From the NCBI GenBank assembly GCA_018302235.1, contig JAGVZW010000001.1:1-52396 (forward strand): DNA of 52,396 nucleotides. Reading direction: 5' to 3'. Positions within the stretch are counted from its first letter, which is position 1. Each line of letters starts with the position of its first letter. The position numbers and the translations under genes were made by a program. Positions 30,041 through 40,358 of the stretch are shown here, one piece after another. The stretch comes from Candidatus Woesearchaeota archaeon. Its GTDB lineage: Archaea; Nanobdellota; Nanobdellia; SCGC-AAA011-G17; GW2011-AR18. The notes under the pieces are model-generated. The model was not told the origin of the DNA. It did no database searches and saw only the letters and a program-made list of their open reading frames with translations.

Positions 30041-31019
30041 ATAATCTCCTATGCTCTTCTAAAAATCTATTTACATTAAAATATTGTAATGCCTTACTTT
30101 TTAATACCAAAGGATCAAATCTTCTTTGTTTTATTAAATCAATATTCCTTATTAGCTCTTCATAATTTGGGTTAGAAACTAAACCTAAATCATCTTTTCT
30201 TATAATCTCAGAGATACCCAAAACATTTGTAGTTAAAACTGGTTTTCCAGCATATAGACTTTCAACAAGAGAATGTGGTATCTGTTTAACATTCTCGGAG
30301 GTTAAAGCAGGTAAAATCATAGCATTCACCTTACCTAAATATTCATTCATGTTAACACTATGATTTATAATTTTTATATTCTTCAAATTCATAACTTTTT
30401 TTGTTAATTCATCATAAAACATATTTCTCCATAAAAAAATAAAATCGATATCCTCTCTTTCTTTAGCGATTTTAATCAACAAATCAATACCCTTACTATA
30501 AAACTGTTTTTTTTCCAAACAAGAACTTGCAAACAAAAAAGTAAAGCGTTCATTATCACCTAAATTATAATTAAATGTGTCTAAAACCCCGGGATATATT
30601 AATACGATCTTAGAATCATCTACCCCCGCATCCAACAACAATTCTTTATCCATAAAAGATTGAACAACAAACTTGTTTATTTTTTTATAATATTTTGAAG
30701 TCTTAATAATTTTTTCTTTATTTGCAGGACCAGCCCCAGTTAGTATTATTTTTTTATTTATTAAACATAAATGAAATCTATCCCCAAATGATGTATAGAC
30801 ATGTATACTATCTTTTAATATTTTATTAATCTTAAAAATTAATAATGGATTTCTTTTATAATTAAAATTAACATCAGCATTATTCTTAACACTTAAAGTA
30901 TCTACAACAATACTATTAAAACTATTTCTTAATAAATAAACCTCTCTAGAAATAGCCTCATGTTTTGGTAAATAGTCTTGTACAACATAATTTATTTTTT
31001 TCTGCATAATACCAACCAC
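30018..31019 (-). CDS. Glycosyltransferase family 4
   Basis: FLFAS..KGIDLL..IPHSLVESLYAGKPVLTT. Confidence 0.85.
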   Translation of the reverse strand: MVGIMQKKINYVVQDYLPKHEAISREVYLLRNSFNSIVVDTLSVKNNADVNFNYKRNPLLIFKINKILKDSIHVYTSFGDRFHLCLINKKIILTGAGPANKEKIIKTSKYYKKINKFVVQSFMDKELLLDAGVDDSKIVLIYPGVLDTFNYNLGDNERFTFLFASSCLEKKQFYSKGIDLLIKIAKEREDIDFIFLWRNMFYDELTKKVMNLKNIKIINHSVNMNEYLGKVNAMILPALTSENVKQIPHSLVESLYAGKPVLTTNVLGISEIIRKDDLGLVSNPNYEELIRNIDLIKQRRFDPLVLKSKALQYFNVNRFLEEHRRLYEGFNNI

Positions 31020-31732
31020 TCCAATGGATTTTCACTTTCTATATGCTCTAATTTATATACTAAATTAAAAGCCTTTTTATCACTTAGCTTAGAAAAAAAT
31101 TTATTAAAAAACCACTGAGAATAAAAATGATTTATATGCCCCCTCAAAACCTGTACTTTAAAACCGTTTTCATCTAATTCATTAATTAAATCATTTTTTT
31201 TAAATAATTCATCATAAATATTATATCTCCCAACCATTTTTCGTACAGAATAAGCCTTATTATAATTTACAGCATCAAAAATCAATATTCCATTTGGTTT
31301 TAATATCCTAAACAGCCCTTTATATAATTCCTCTCTTCTTTCCCTTTTAAAATGCCTTATAAACCTAAAACTATAGATCATATCAAACAGATTGTCCTCA
31401 AAACCCAGATCAAAAGCATCCCCCTCTAAAATGATCCATCTCTTCTTGTCTAACAATTGCCTAGCAATGTCTAACATTGGCATACTTGAATCTAATGCAA
31501 CACCCTGTTTAAAACCCATAATATCCTGACTTATCCTCGCAGGTCCAGATGCTAGATCTAACAAAACATCAACATTATTATCCACAATTATCTTATTTAT
31601 ATATTCAATTTGAACTCTATGTATTACCCTCCCCAAAATATCACTAAATCTATTTATAGAATAATTTCCAACTATGTTTTTATCTCGATAATATTCAATT
31701 ATTCCTTCTTTATCTGAAATATATTCTTTCAT
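30992..31732 (-). CDS. Class I SAM-dependent methyltransferase
   Basis: LLDLASGPAR, ALDSS, GDAFDLGF..FDMI, RILKPNG. Confidence 0.9.
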   Translation of the reverse strand: MKEYISDKEGIIEYYRDKNIVGNYSINRFSDILGRVIHRVQIEYINKIIVDNNVDVLLDLASGPARISQDIMGFKQGVALDSSMPMLDIARQLLDKKRWIILEGDAFDLGFEDNLFDMIYSFRFIRHFKRERREELYKGLFRILKPNGILIFDAVNYNKAYSVRKMVGRYNIYDELFKKNDLINELDENGFKVQVLRGHINHFYSQWFFNKFFSKLSDKKAFNLVYKLEHIESENPLEWLVLCRKK

Positions 31733-31788
31733 TATGACTATTTTAATAAAAAATTATTTAAAATATATTAGATAACAAAAAATATATA

Positions 31789-32766
31789 TTATTTTATCTT
31801 AAAATCTACTTTTTTATCAAAAATAAGATCCTTATAATCATCAAATTTTTTAATTTTAACAAAACCCTTTCTTTCCCAATCCATTACCCTATCGATAATC
31901 CTCTTCATATTTTTCAGATTTCTCCAAGTAAAATCATGTGTTCCTAAAACATAAACAACATTTTTATCTAAATATTTTTCCATATCGTTTAAGATATTAT
32001 TAATTTTTTTAGAATTGAAAGTTCCTTCAACATAATTTGAAATATGTAACGCTACTAAACCGTATTTTTCAATTGGTCTACTGACCTTATATTCCCTCAA
32101 TTTTCTTAAATGATCATCCTTGCCAGAATAAGCAACTACCTTAATTCCATTATTCTTCAAAACATTAAAAATTTTTTCTGGATTTTTTATATCTTCTATC
32201 ATATTAAATGGAGCATCAAAAACCTCAACATTTACATCCAAATTTCTCGCAGATATTACAGCAGCCCTAATGCTCTTAAAAATCACATCTTCATCCTCTA
32301 AAGTATAACTCTCATGCGAAAAAGAATGAATACCCAAACAAAAAAACGGTACTTTCATATTTTCTTCAATAAAATCGCCTAAGTATAAACCAGGGCTTAT
32401 AAAACAATCCCCCCCCTTATCCCAATAATACCAATCCTTCTTAAAAAACCAATCAGCCTTTGGCCTGACCTCAGCGAAATGTGGAAAACCATTACAACTT
32501 TTTAAATACAAATGCCCCACTATATTAAAAGTTACTGGCAATCTTTTATCTAAAAAAAACCCAACTAATCCCTTTAATCCCTTTCTATTCCGCGGATATC
32601 TCCCAACCCTTCCAAGAATCTTATTTCCATGCCATTTCAACATATCCACCCTAGAAAAATGAGGGGAATGTACCTTATAAAAAAAATCTGCTTCAGTATC
32701 TACAAATAAACAAAAATCCATCATGAAAACAACAAAAAAGTTCTTATAAGGTTGATTTACCACCAA
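31789..32766 (-). CDS. Polysaccharide deacetylase-like (NodB/CE4 fold) protein
   Basis: FVDTEAD, PVTFNIVGHL, GIHSFSH, APFN, GTHD. True start probably near 32724. Confidence 0.7.
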   Translation of the reverse strand: MVVNQPYKNFFVVFMMDFCLFVDTEADFFYKVHSPHFSRVDMLKWHGNKILGRVGRYPRNRKGLKGLVGFFLDKRLPVTFNIVGHLYLKSCNGFPHFAEVRPKADWFFKKDWYYWDKGGDCFISPGLYLGDFIEENMKVPFFCLGIHSFSHESYTLEDEDVIFKSIRAAVISARNLDVNVEVFDAPFNMIEDIKNPEKIFNVLKNNGIKVVAYSGKDDHLRKLREYKVSRPIEKYGLVALHISNYVEGTFNSKKINNILNDMEKYLDKNVVYVLGTHDFTWRNLKNMKRIIDRVMDWERKGFVKIKKFDDYKDLIFDKKVDFKIK

Positions 32767-32800
32767 ATAGTAAAGTATATAAACACATTATATTATCAAA

Positions 32801-32992
32801 TTGAGTAAAATGTATGAAGAATATATCGGGAGAATAGTTGAAATTAGATTAAAGAATAGATATATAACTGGAAGAATTATATCATATCATAATCCATTAA
32901 TAAATATAAAACATATTTCTGATGACCTGCAAAATATAACTGGTCAAATTGTTATTTCCTCTAAAATTGAGGAAATAGTAGCAATAAACTAA
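32801..32992 (+). CDS. Small beta-rich hypothetical protein (possible Sm-like fold)
   Basis: YIGRIVEIRL..ITGRIISY..I.I..IVI..IEEI; TATA TATATAAA upstream. Confidence 0.5.
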   Translation: MSKMYEEYIGRIVEIRLKNRYITGRIISYHNPLINIKHISDDLQNITGQIVISSKIEEIVAIN

Positions 32993-33018
32993 TAAATTTG
33001 TATCTTCTAATTTTTTCA

Positions 33019-34149
33019 ATGAAAATAGGTTTTTTAATTACATATTTTTATCCATTTGAAGGTGGAGCTGAAAACAATTGTTTTTATTTAGCCAAAGAAT
33101 TAGCCAAAACCCATGAAATTCATGTTTTCACATCAGACAGAAAGAATAATGTTATTTTAAAAAAAGAAGAGATAATCTATAATATCCATATCCATAGATC
33201 AAAAACATATTTTAGATATAAATATTATTTATCTTTTAATCCGTCTTTATTTAAAATTTTAATGTTTAAATTAGATATTTTACACGTACATGGTTTTGGA
33301 TTTATTTGGCATGATATTATTATTTTAGTAAAAAAATTAACAAGCAACACAAAAATATTTTGCACCCCCCACGGACCATTTATGGCACTAAAAGATTATA
33401 CAAAAAAAGAAAGGATCTTTAGAAGAGTAATAACCTTTATAGAAAAATTGACCAATAAAATCTATGATAAGATAATAGAAGTAAATCCTTATCAATATAA
33501 ATGGTTAAAAGAATACGGAATAAAAAAAGAAGATGTTTTATTTTTACCTAATGGAATTCCAAGAGAACTAACAAAACAAGTCAAATCAAATGAATTTATA
33601 AAAAAATATAAACTAGAAGATAAATTTATTATTTCATATCTGGGAAGAATTCAAAAATATAAAGGAATAGATCAGGTTTTAAGAATTTTATCCAAACTAA
33701 AAGATATTCAATCAAACATTCTTTTTTTAATCATGGGTAAAGATGCTGGAGATTTGACAAGAATAAAACAAATAATAAAAACAAATAATCTAGAAAATTA
33801 TACAAAAATAATTGAAAATATTTCAGAAAAAGAAAAAATTTTTGCCTTACAATCATCCGAAATATTCATATTTCCATCAGAATGGGAAGCATTTGGTATA
33901 GTCACCTTAGAAGCAATGGCTCAAAGTAACGCAATTATAGCTACAAAAACAGAAGGATCATTATTTCTAGTAGAGACACAATGCGGCTTACTTTATGATT
34001 ACAACAATATAGAACAGTTGTTTAATTGTTTAAAAAAATTAATAACAAATATAAAATTAAGAAAAAAAATGCAAGTATATAACAAAAAAAAAGCTAAAGA
34101 TTTTATATGGGAAGAAATCGCAAAAAAATTGGAGAGGTATTATAAATGA
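33019..34149 (+). CDS. Glycosyltransferase family 4
   Basis: YFYPFEGGAE, YLGRIQKYKG, FPSEWEAFGIVTLEAMA. Confidence 0.92.
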   Translation: MKIGFLITYFYPFEGGAENNCFYLAKELAKTHEIHVFTSDRKNNVILKKEEIIYNIHIHRSKTYFRYKYYLSFNPSLFKILMFKLDILHVHGFGFIWHDIIILVKKLTSNTKIFCTPHGPFMALKDYTKKERIFRRVITFIEKLTNKIYDKIIEVNPYQYKWLKEYGIKKEDVLFLPNGIPRELTKQVKSNEFIKKYKLEDKFIISYLGRIQKYKGIDQVLRILSKLKDIQSNILFLIMGKDAGDLTRIKQIIKTNNLENYTKIIENISEKEKIFALQSSEIFIFPSEWEAFGIVTLEAMAQSNAIIATKTEGSLFLVETQCGLLYDYNNIEQLFNCLKKLITNIKLRKKMQVYNKKKAKDFIWEEIAKKLERYYK

Positions 34150-35216
34150 AAATTGCAATACTTTGTCATTATTCACATCCATCTATTTGCGGTGTTTGGA
34201 ATTCAGTATTTAATTTATCTAAAATGTTAAAAGACAAACATGAAATTCATGTATTATCTTCAAATATCATAAAAGGAACGAATAGGCTTTCAAAAGAATA
34301 TGAAAATCTAGATGGAATACATATCCACAGATTTAAAGTAAAATATAATTTTGGAGCTGAGGCACATTATTGGCCATTTAAAGGCCTTTTAAATGAATTA
34401 AAACCTGATATTATTCATAGTCATGTATATCGCCATCCTCATTCGACTATTGTTCCATTTTTTAATAAACCATGTATATTAACAACACATGCACCATTTT
34501 TAGAAAGAAATCTAAGAACTAGAAAAATGAGGATTTTAATAAGAATATATGATCAATTATTAGGAAAAATTATATTAAAAAAATACAATAAAGTAATAGC
34601 AATAACAAAATGGGAGTTAACAATATTAAAAAGATTTAAATTAAATAATTTAGTTTATATTCCTAACGGAGTTGATGATTCTTTCTTTAGCACTAAAGTA
34701 AAACAAGGTTCGTATGTTTTATATTTTGGCAGAATTGACCCAATTAAGAATCTAGAGACATTAATTAGGGCATTTAATATGTTAAAAGATCAAAGATTAA
34801 TACTAGTTGGACCATCAGAAAAGGCCTATTTAGAGAAATTAAAAAGACTAGCTAATAGTAATATAGAATTTAGGCCAGCAGTTTATGATATAAATGAAAA
34901 AATAAAATTATATAATAATTCAAGATTATTTGTACTGCCAAGCAAAAGAGAGGCAATGCCACAATCATTGATAGAAGCAATGGCTTTAGGTAAACCAGTT
35001 ATTGCATCAAACAATATTGGCTGCAAAGAAATAATAGATAAAAAATATATATTTGAAACATATAACCATAAACAACTATCAGCACTAATAAAAAAGACAT
35101 TAATAGAAAAACCAAATCCAATTAAATATAGAAAACTAGCTGAAAAATATAAATTATCAAATGTTGTAAAACAAATAGAAGATGTGTACCATGAAAGTAT
35201 TACTAATTTATCCTAA
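34146..35216 (+). CDS. Glycosyltransferase family 4
   Basis: YFGRIDPIKN, LPSKREAMPQSLIEAMALGKPVIAS. Confidence 0.92.
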   Translation: MKIAILCHYSHPSICGVWNSVFNLSKMLKDKHEIHVLSSNIIKGTNRLSKEYENLDGIHIHRFKVKYNFGAEAHYWPFKGLLNELKPDIIHSHVYRHPHSTIVPFFNKPCILTTHAPFLERNLRTRKMRILIRIYDQLLGKIILKKYNKVIAITKWELTILKRFKLNNLVYIPNGVDDSFFSTKVKQGSYVLYFGRIDPIKNLETLIRAFNMLKDQRLILVGPSEKAYLEKLKRLANSNIEFRPAVYDINEKIKLYNNSRLFVLPSKREAMPQSLIEAMALGKPVIASNNIGCKEIIDKKYIFETYNHKQLSALIKKTLIEKPNPIKYRKLAEKYKLSNVVKQIEDVYHESITNLS

Positions 35217-36573
35217 CATAGTAGAATCACCTAAAGATATCTCTCATGGTTTAGCACAGATTTCTTCTTTGTTAAAAAAAGATAAACACCAAGTTGAATT
35301 AATTGACACAACATTTAAATTGACTAAATTGGAAATTATAAATAAGGTAAAAAGATTTGATCCTAATGTAATTGGAATAACTATTGCAACAAACGACAAA
35401 GAACATGCTATACGATTATTGAAACTAATAAAGCCTTATACACATGCAAAGATAATTGCTGGAGGATTTCATACAACAATTTTTCCCGAAGATATAATAA
35501 AAGAAAAGGAGATTAATGGATTATGTATTGGTGAAGGTGAATATCCTTTTTTAGAATTCACAAATAATCTACAAAATAAAAAAAAAATAACTGAAATTCC
35601 AAACTTTTGGTATAAGACCTCTAATGGGATAATAAAAAATCCAATAAGAAATTTGATAGAAGACCTAGATAATTTACCATTTCCAGATAGATCAATATTT
35701 GAATACCAAAAATATATCGATCATAATAGGGGCTTAGCAACATTTATCACATCAAAAGGTTGTCCATTTGAATGTTCTTATTGTATAAACAAGATCTTAC
35801 AAAATTTATATAAATATAAAGGAAAATATACACGATTTTATTCTATAGAGTATATAATAAATGAAATAAGAGATGTATTAAAGAGATATAAGGTTAAAGA
35901 GATAGAATTTTATGATGACACATTTACTTTAGACAAAAATAGGATAAGGGAATTTTGTAAGATATATCCTAAAAAGATTGGTTTACCATTTTATATAAAT
36001 GCTAGAGTTAACGCAGTTACAAGAGAAGATTTTTTATTACTTAAAAAAGCTGGTTGTCAAAGAGTTTCTATTGGAATAGAACATGGTGACGAAGAAATGA
36101 GAAATAAGATACTTAAAAGAGATATGACAAATAGACAAATTATACAAACATTTAAGGATGCAAAGACAGCGAAACTTAAGACATATGCATTTAATATGAT
36201 AGGTGTACCATTTGAAACAAAGAAAACTATAGAAAAAACAATTAATCTTAATAAAATAATTCAACCAGATTTTATAGGAGTGTCTTTGTTCAATGCATTC
36301 TATGGTACAGAAATATATGAATTAGCTAAAAATGAAAATATGTTAAAAGAAAAATTATCGGAATCCTACTTTAAAGAATCAAATATAAAGAATAAATATC
36401 TAACAGAAAAAGAACTAGAAAATATCAGAAATAAATTTGGATTCAAAGTTTATATTAAAAAAAGACCAATCAGAGGAATATTAGATTTAATTGACAAAAA
36501 ATACTCAAAAAATAAAAATATTCTAAAGATAAAAAATAAGATCCTAAAATATGGTATCAGAAAGATTATTTGA
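35191..36573 (+). CDS. Cobalamin-binding radical SAM protein
   Basis: N-terminal B12-binding Rossmann domain (GGFHTT..IGEGE), TSKGCPFECSYC, DDTF, IGIEHG. Confidence 0.9.
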   Translation: MKVLLIYPNIVESPKDISHGLAQISSLLKKDKHQVELIDTTFKLTKLEIINKVKRFDPNVIGITIATNDKEHAIRLLKLIKPYTHAKIIAGGFHTTIFPEDIIKEKEINGLCIGEGEYPFLEFTNNLQNKKKITEIPNFWYKTSNGIIKNPIRNLIEDLDNLPFPDRSIFEYQKYIDHNRGLATFITSKGCPFECSYCINKILQNLYKYKGKYTRFYSIEYIINEIRDVLKRYKVKEIEFYDDTFTLDKNRIREFCKIYPKKIGLPFYINARVNAVTREDFLLLKKAGCQRVSIGIEHGDEEMRNKILKRDMTNRQIIQTFKDAKTAKLKTYAFNMIGVPFETKKTIEKTINLNKIIQPDFIGVSLFNAFYGTEIYELAKNENMLKEKLSESYFKESNIKNKYLTEKELENIRNKFGFKVYIKKRPIRGILDLIDKKYSKNKNILKIKNKILKYGIRKII

Positions 36574-36628
36574 AAAATATATTTTAAAGGACACACAAAT
36601 AATTTAAAAAATAAAATATTATAAAATA

Positions 36629-38200
36629 ATGAAAAATATAATAAAAAAGCTATTAATAATATTTATAATAATTTGTATAACAAAAATAATAATTAGCTTA
36701 TTTATTAAAGTTCCATTAGGATTTGCAGATAGTTTAGAATACTTAGAAATCGCAAAAAGTTTTCATGACAATTTAGAAATTTCTAGTTTCGGAGAACCAT
36801 CTACAACTTATCCTCCACTATATCCAATACTTCTTTCACCAATATACATCTTAAATAATACAGAATTAATAATAAGTTTAGTCATAATTTTAAATTGTAT
36901 TTTAGCTACATTAATTATTTTTCCTGCATATTTACTAGCAAAAGAATTCAGTAAAGAAAACAAAGCTTATAAAATAGCAATAGTAGTGTCATTAGCTCCG
37001 TTCTCAGTCATAACTTCATTTTATCCTTTAGCAGAAAATATTTACTTTCCTTTATTTCTCCTGACAATATATTTCTTATATATACTAATAAAACAAGATA
37101 AACACATCCTAATTACTGGAGTTTTATTAGGTTTATGTTCTTTAATCAAAATAATAGGGGTTGTAACAATCATTAGTATTACATTATTAATTCTAAAAAG
37201 AATAATAAAAAATCAAAAATCAAAAAAATTGATTTTATCTATTTTAATAGGGACTATAATTTCAATAATCTGGCCAATCAGGAATTATTTAATAAATACC
37301 AATACACAAAACACCCTAAATGATACTATTACAAGAATAATAAATATAGTAAATCCAACAGAATCATTTTTAATAATTTTAAAGTGGATTTTCATAAACA
37401 ACGCATATATTATTCTTGCAGCAACCCCATTAATTATATTCTTATTAATAAAAAAAAAATCAGAGTTCAAAGAAATTTTAGCATATCTTTACTTTCCATT
37501 TATAATTTTTTTATCAATTTATATAAAATCTGCAGAAGTACTTAGAGGAAGATATGTAGAAATTTTTCTAGCTCCAATAATTATTTTAGCACTCTCAACA
37601 AAAGAAAAAATATCATATTTATATTTAAGTATAATTTTTTTATTAACATTGCCTATTTTATTTTACAATCACCAAAAATTCTTTCCGATTAATGGGACAT
37701 CTTTATCTGAGTTTGGTGCATCTCTATATATATTAAACATTAATAGCGAGATAATAATATCTATTTTAATAATAATATTATTCTTAATAACGATAATTTC
37801 AATAAAATATAAAAAAAATTTTTTAACAATTACAATAATATTTTTAACAATATCAACTATAGGCATTACAATGACAATATACGATTCAAAATATAGATGG
37901 GAACCAATAGAACCAATTCAACTGGGGATTTGGATAAATAAAAATATTCCCTCAAATGCAACATTTCACTACGATAAAATAGACAGAGAACAACTTAGAA
38001 ATTACACTAAAGACTCAGAAATAAAAAATACAATTGAAAAATCACCATGGAGATCCAGTCTTATAACAACATATTGGATTAGGGGACCAATAGAAATAAA
38101 AACAATAAAAGAAAACAATTGTGATTATATTATATCTACACAAACATATCCTTTAGAAATAATAAAACACGGAAAAATAAAAATATATAAATGCAAATAA
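36629..38200 (+). CDS. GT-C fold membrane glycosyltransferase (PMT/ArnT-like)
   Basis: FADSLEYLEIAKSF..YPPLYPILLSP, AENIYFP; many TM helices. Confidence 0.75.
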   Translation: MKNIIKKLLIIFIIICITKIIISLFIKVPLGFADSLEYLEIAKSFHDNLEISSFGEPSTTYPPLYPILLSPIYILNNTELIISLVIILNCILATLIIFPAYLLAKEFSKENKAYKIAIVVSLAPFSVITSFYPLAENIYFPLFLLTIYFLYILIKQDKHILITGVLLGLCSLIKIIGVVTIISITLLILKRIIKNQKSKKLILSILIGTIISIIWPIRNYLINTNTQNTLNDTITRIINIVNPTESFLIILKWIFINNAYIILAATPLIIFLLIKKKSEFKEILAYLYFPFIIFLSIYIKSAEVLRGRYVEIFLAPIIILALSTKEKISYLYLSIIFLLTLPILFYNHQKFFPINGTSLSEFGASLYILNINSEIIISILIIILFLITIISIKYKKNFLTITIIFLTISTIGITMTIYDSKYRWEPIEPIQLGIWINKNIPSNATFHYDKIDREQLRNYTKDSEIKNTIEKSPWRSSLITTYWIRGPIEIKTIKENNCDYIISTQTYPLEIIKHGKIKIYKCK

Positions 38201-38230
38201 CTTTAAATATAATATATAATTTTAAAAAAT

Positions 38231-39661
38231 ATGAACATTCTTTTTATTGAACCAACACCAGGATTTGGTATTATAGATGAAAAACAAAGAAAGAAAAGAG
38301 CCGCTGGATTTTTCCCACCATTAGGTATAGCAATTCTTGCAACTATTCTAGAACAGAAAGGACACAAATGTAAAGTAATAGATCTTCAAATTGAACAATA
38401 TACTGCTAAAGATTTTCTAAAAGAAATTAAAAGTTTTAATTCAGAAATTATTTGTATATCTATTTTTACAGCACTAGCAACTGAAGCATTCAAGCTTTCA
38501 AAATTAATAAAAGAAAATCTAAATTTACCTATTATTTGTGGCGGTCCCCATGTTAGTTTATTTCCTAAAGAAACATTAGAGCAAAATAAAGAAATAGATT
38601 ACATTGTATTTGGGGAAGGAGAACACACACTTCCAGAGTTAATTAATGCTCTTGAAAAAAATCTCCCTAAAGAAAATATAAAAGGAATATTCTTTAGAAA
38701 AGATGAAAAAATCATTGAAACAGAAAAAAGATCACAAATTTATAACTTAGATGAAATTCCAATACCATCAAGAAAATTTTTTAAAATGAAAAAATACATC
38801 CAAGTACCAAATCAATATAATCGACTACCTATAACCAATATAATAACATCCAGGGGTTGCGCTTATAATAAATGTAAATTTTGTTCAGAATCTGGAGAAT
38901 TACATAGCCATTATAGAAGAAATAGTGTTGAAAGAGTAATAGAAGAAATAAAATACTTAATAGACAATTATAAAATAAGAGAAATATATTTTTGGGATGA
39001 TGAATTTGTTGTAGATAATAATTGGGTTCAAAGATTCTGTGAAAGTTTAAAAAAAGAAAATTTTGATTTAACATGGACTTGTTGTGCAAAAGTAAATTAT
39101 GTTAATCAAAAAATACTAAAGATAATGGCATCAGCTGGTTGCTGGAATATTTTTTATGGTTTAGAGTCTGGTGACCAAAAATTATTAGATGACTTAAAAA
39201 AAGGACAAACACTTGAAGAAATAAGAAATGCTATAAAATGGACTAAAGAAGCTGGTATAAAAGCAAGAGGTTCATTTATGCTTGGATTACCTGGAGAAAC
39301 ACCAGAATTAGGACAAAAAACAATAAATTTTGCTATTGAGTTAGATCTAGATTATGCGATATTCTGTCTAACCACACCATACCCAGGAACTAAATTGTAC
39401 AAAGAATTCTTAGATAAAGGTAATAAAAATATAGAATGGGATAAATATACAAGTTTTTTTCCAGTTTATCTCCCAGAAGGATATAAGAATAAAGAAGAAT
39501 TAATAGAACTTCAAAAATCAGCATATAAACAATTTTATTTCAGATACAATTATATAAAAAATATAATTAAATCATTAAAAAACAAACAAGATCTAAAAAG
39601 AAATATAAATGGTGTAAAATATTTACTAAAAATGAAGTTATTAAACTCTCCAGGATTATAA
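38231..39661 (+). CDS. Cobalamin-binding radical SAM protein
   Basis: PPLGIAILA, GGPHVS, GEGE, TSRGCAYNKCKFC (Cx4Cx2C), DDEF, GLESG, TPYPGT. Confidence 0.92.
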   Translation: MNILFIEPTPGFGIIDEKQRKKRAAGFFPPLGIAILATILEQKGHKCKVIDLQIEQYTAKDFLKEIKSFNSEIICISIFTALATEAFKLSKLIKENLNLPIICGGPHVSLFPKETLEQNKEIDYIVFGEGEHTLPELINALEKNLPKENIKGIFFRKDEKIIETEKRSQIYNLDEIPIPSRKFFKMKKYIQVPNQYNRLPITNIITSRGCAYNKCKFCSESGELHSHYRRNSVERVIEEIKYLIDNYKIREIYFWDDEFVVDNNWVQRFCESLKKENFDLTWTCCAKVNYVNQKILKIMASAGCWNIFYGLESGDQKLLDDLKKGQTLEEIRNAIKWTKEAGIKARGSFMLGLPGETPELGQKTINFAIELDLDYAIFCLTTPYPGTKLYKEFLDKGNKNIEWDKYTSFFPVYLPEGYKNKEELIELQKSAYKQFYFRYNYIKNIIKSLKNKQDLKRNINGVKYLLKMKLLNSPGL

Positions 39662-39662
39662 T

Positions 39663-40358
39663 ATGAATAAATTCCTATCACATGCGGATTTAGACTATAA
39701 AAAACGCATAATAAAAGCCAAAAAAATAAAATCGGTTTTAGATACAATAACAAAAAATAAAGTAAAAATTTTAGATATAGGAACTGGTTCTGGAATTATA
39801 GCAAATTATTTATCAAAAGATCATATTGTTACTTCTGTTGATATGATTGATGAAAGGACCATCACAGAAAATTATAAATTTATTTTAGTAAAAGATGAAA
39901 TTTTACCTTTTTTAGATAAAGAATTTGACATCATAATATCCAATCAAGTAATTGAACATGTTAATAAAGCCAATATTCATTTATCCGAGATATATAGATG
40001 TTTAAAAGAAGGAGGTTTTTGTTATCTCTCCACACCAAACAAATATGCACTTTTTGAAGCCCACTATAAATTACCATTCTTATCTTGGTTACCTAAAAAT
40101 CTAGCAAACATATATATGCAATTAATAAAAAAAAGAAGTTATGATATTTATCCATTAAGTTACAACTCAATATTAAAATTAACTTCAAAATTTAAAATAA
40201 AGAATTTAACATTAGACATTTTAAGAAACCAAAATAAATTTAATTTAGATAAAGAATATAATTTTTACTCTAAGATTATTTCATTTTTCCCCTGTTCATT
40301 AGATAATTTTTTATCACAGTTAAGTCCATCTTGGATATTTTTACTAAAAAAAGAATAA
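39663..40358 (+). CDS. Class I SAM-dependent methyltransferase
   Basis: ILDIGTGSG, LPF..FDIIISNQVIEHV, LKEGG..STPN. Confidence 0.9.
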   Translation: MNKFLSHADLDYKKRIIKAKKIKSVLDTITKNKVKILDIGTGSGIIANYLSKDHIVTSVDMIDERTITENYKFILVKDEILPFLDKEFDIIISNQVIEHVNKANIHLSEIYRCLKEGGFCYLSTPNKYALFEAHYKLPFLSWLPKNLANIYMQLIKKRSYDIYPLSYNSILKLTSKFKIKNLTLDILRNQNKFNLDKEYNFYSKIISFFPCSLDNFLSQLSPSWIFLLKKE

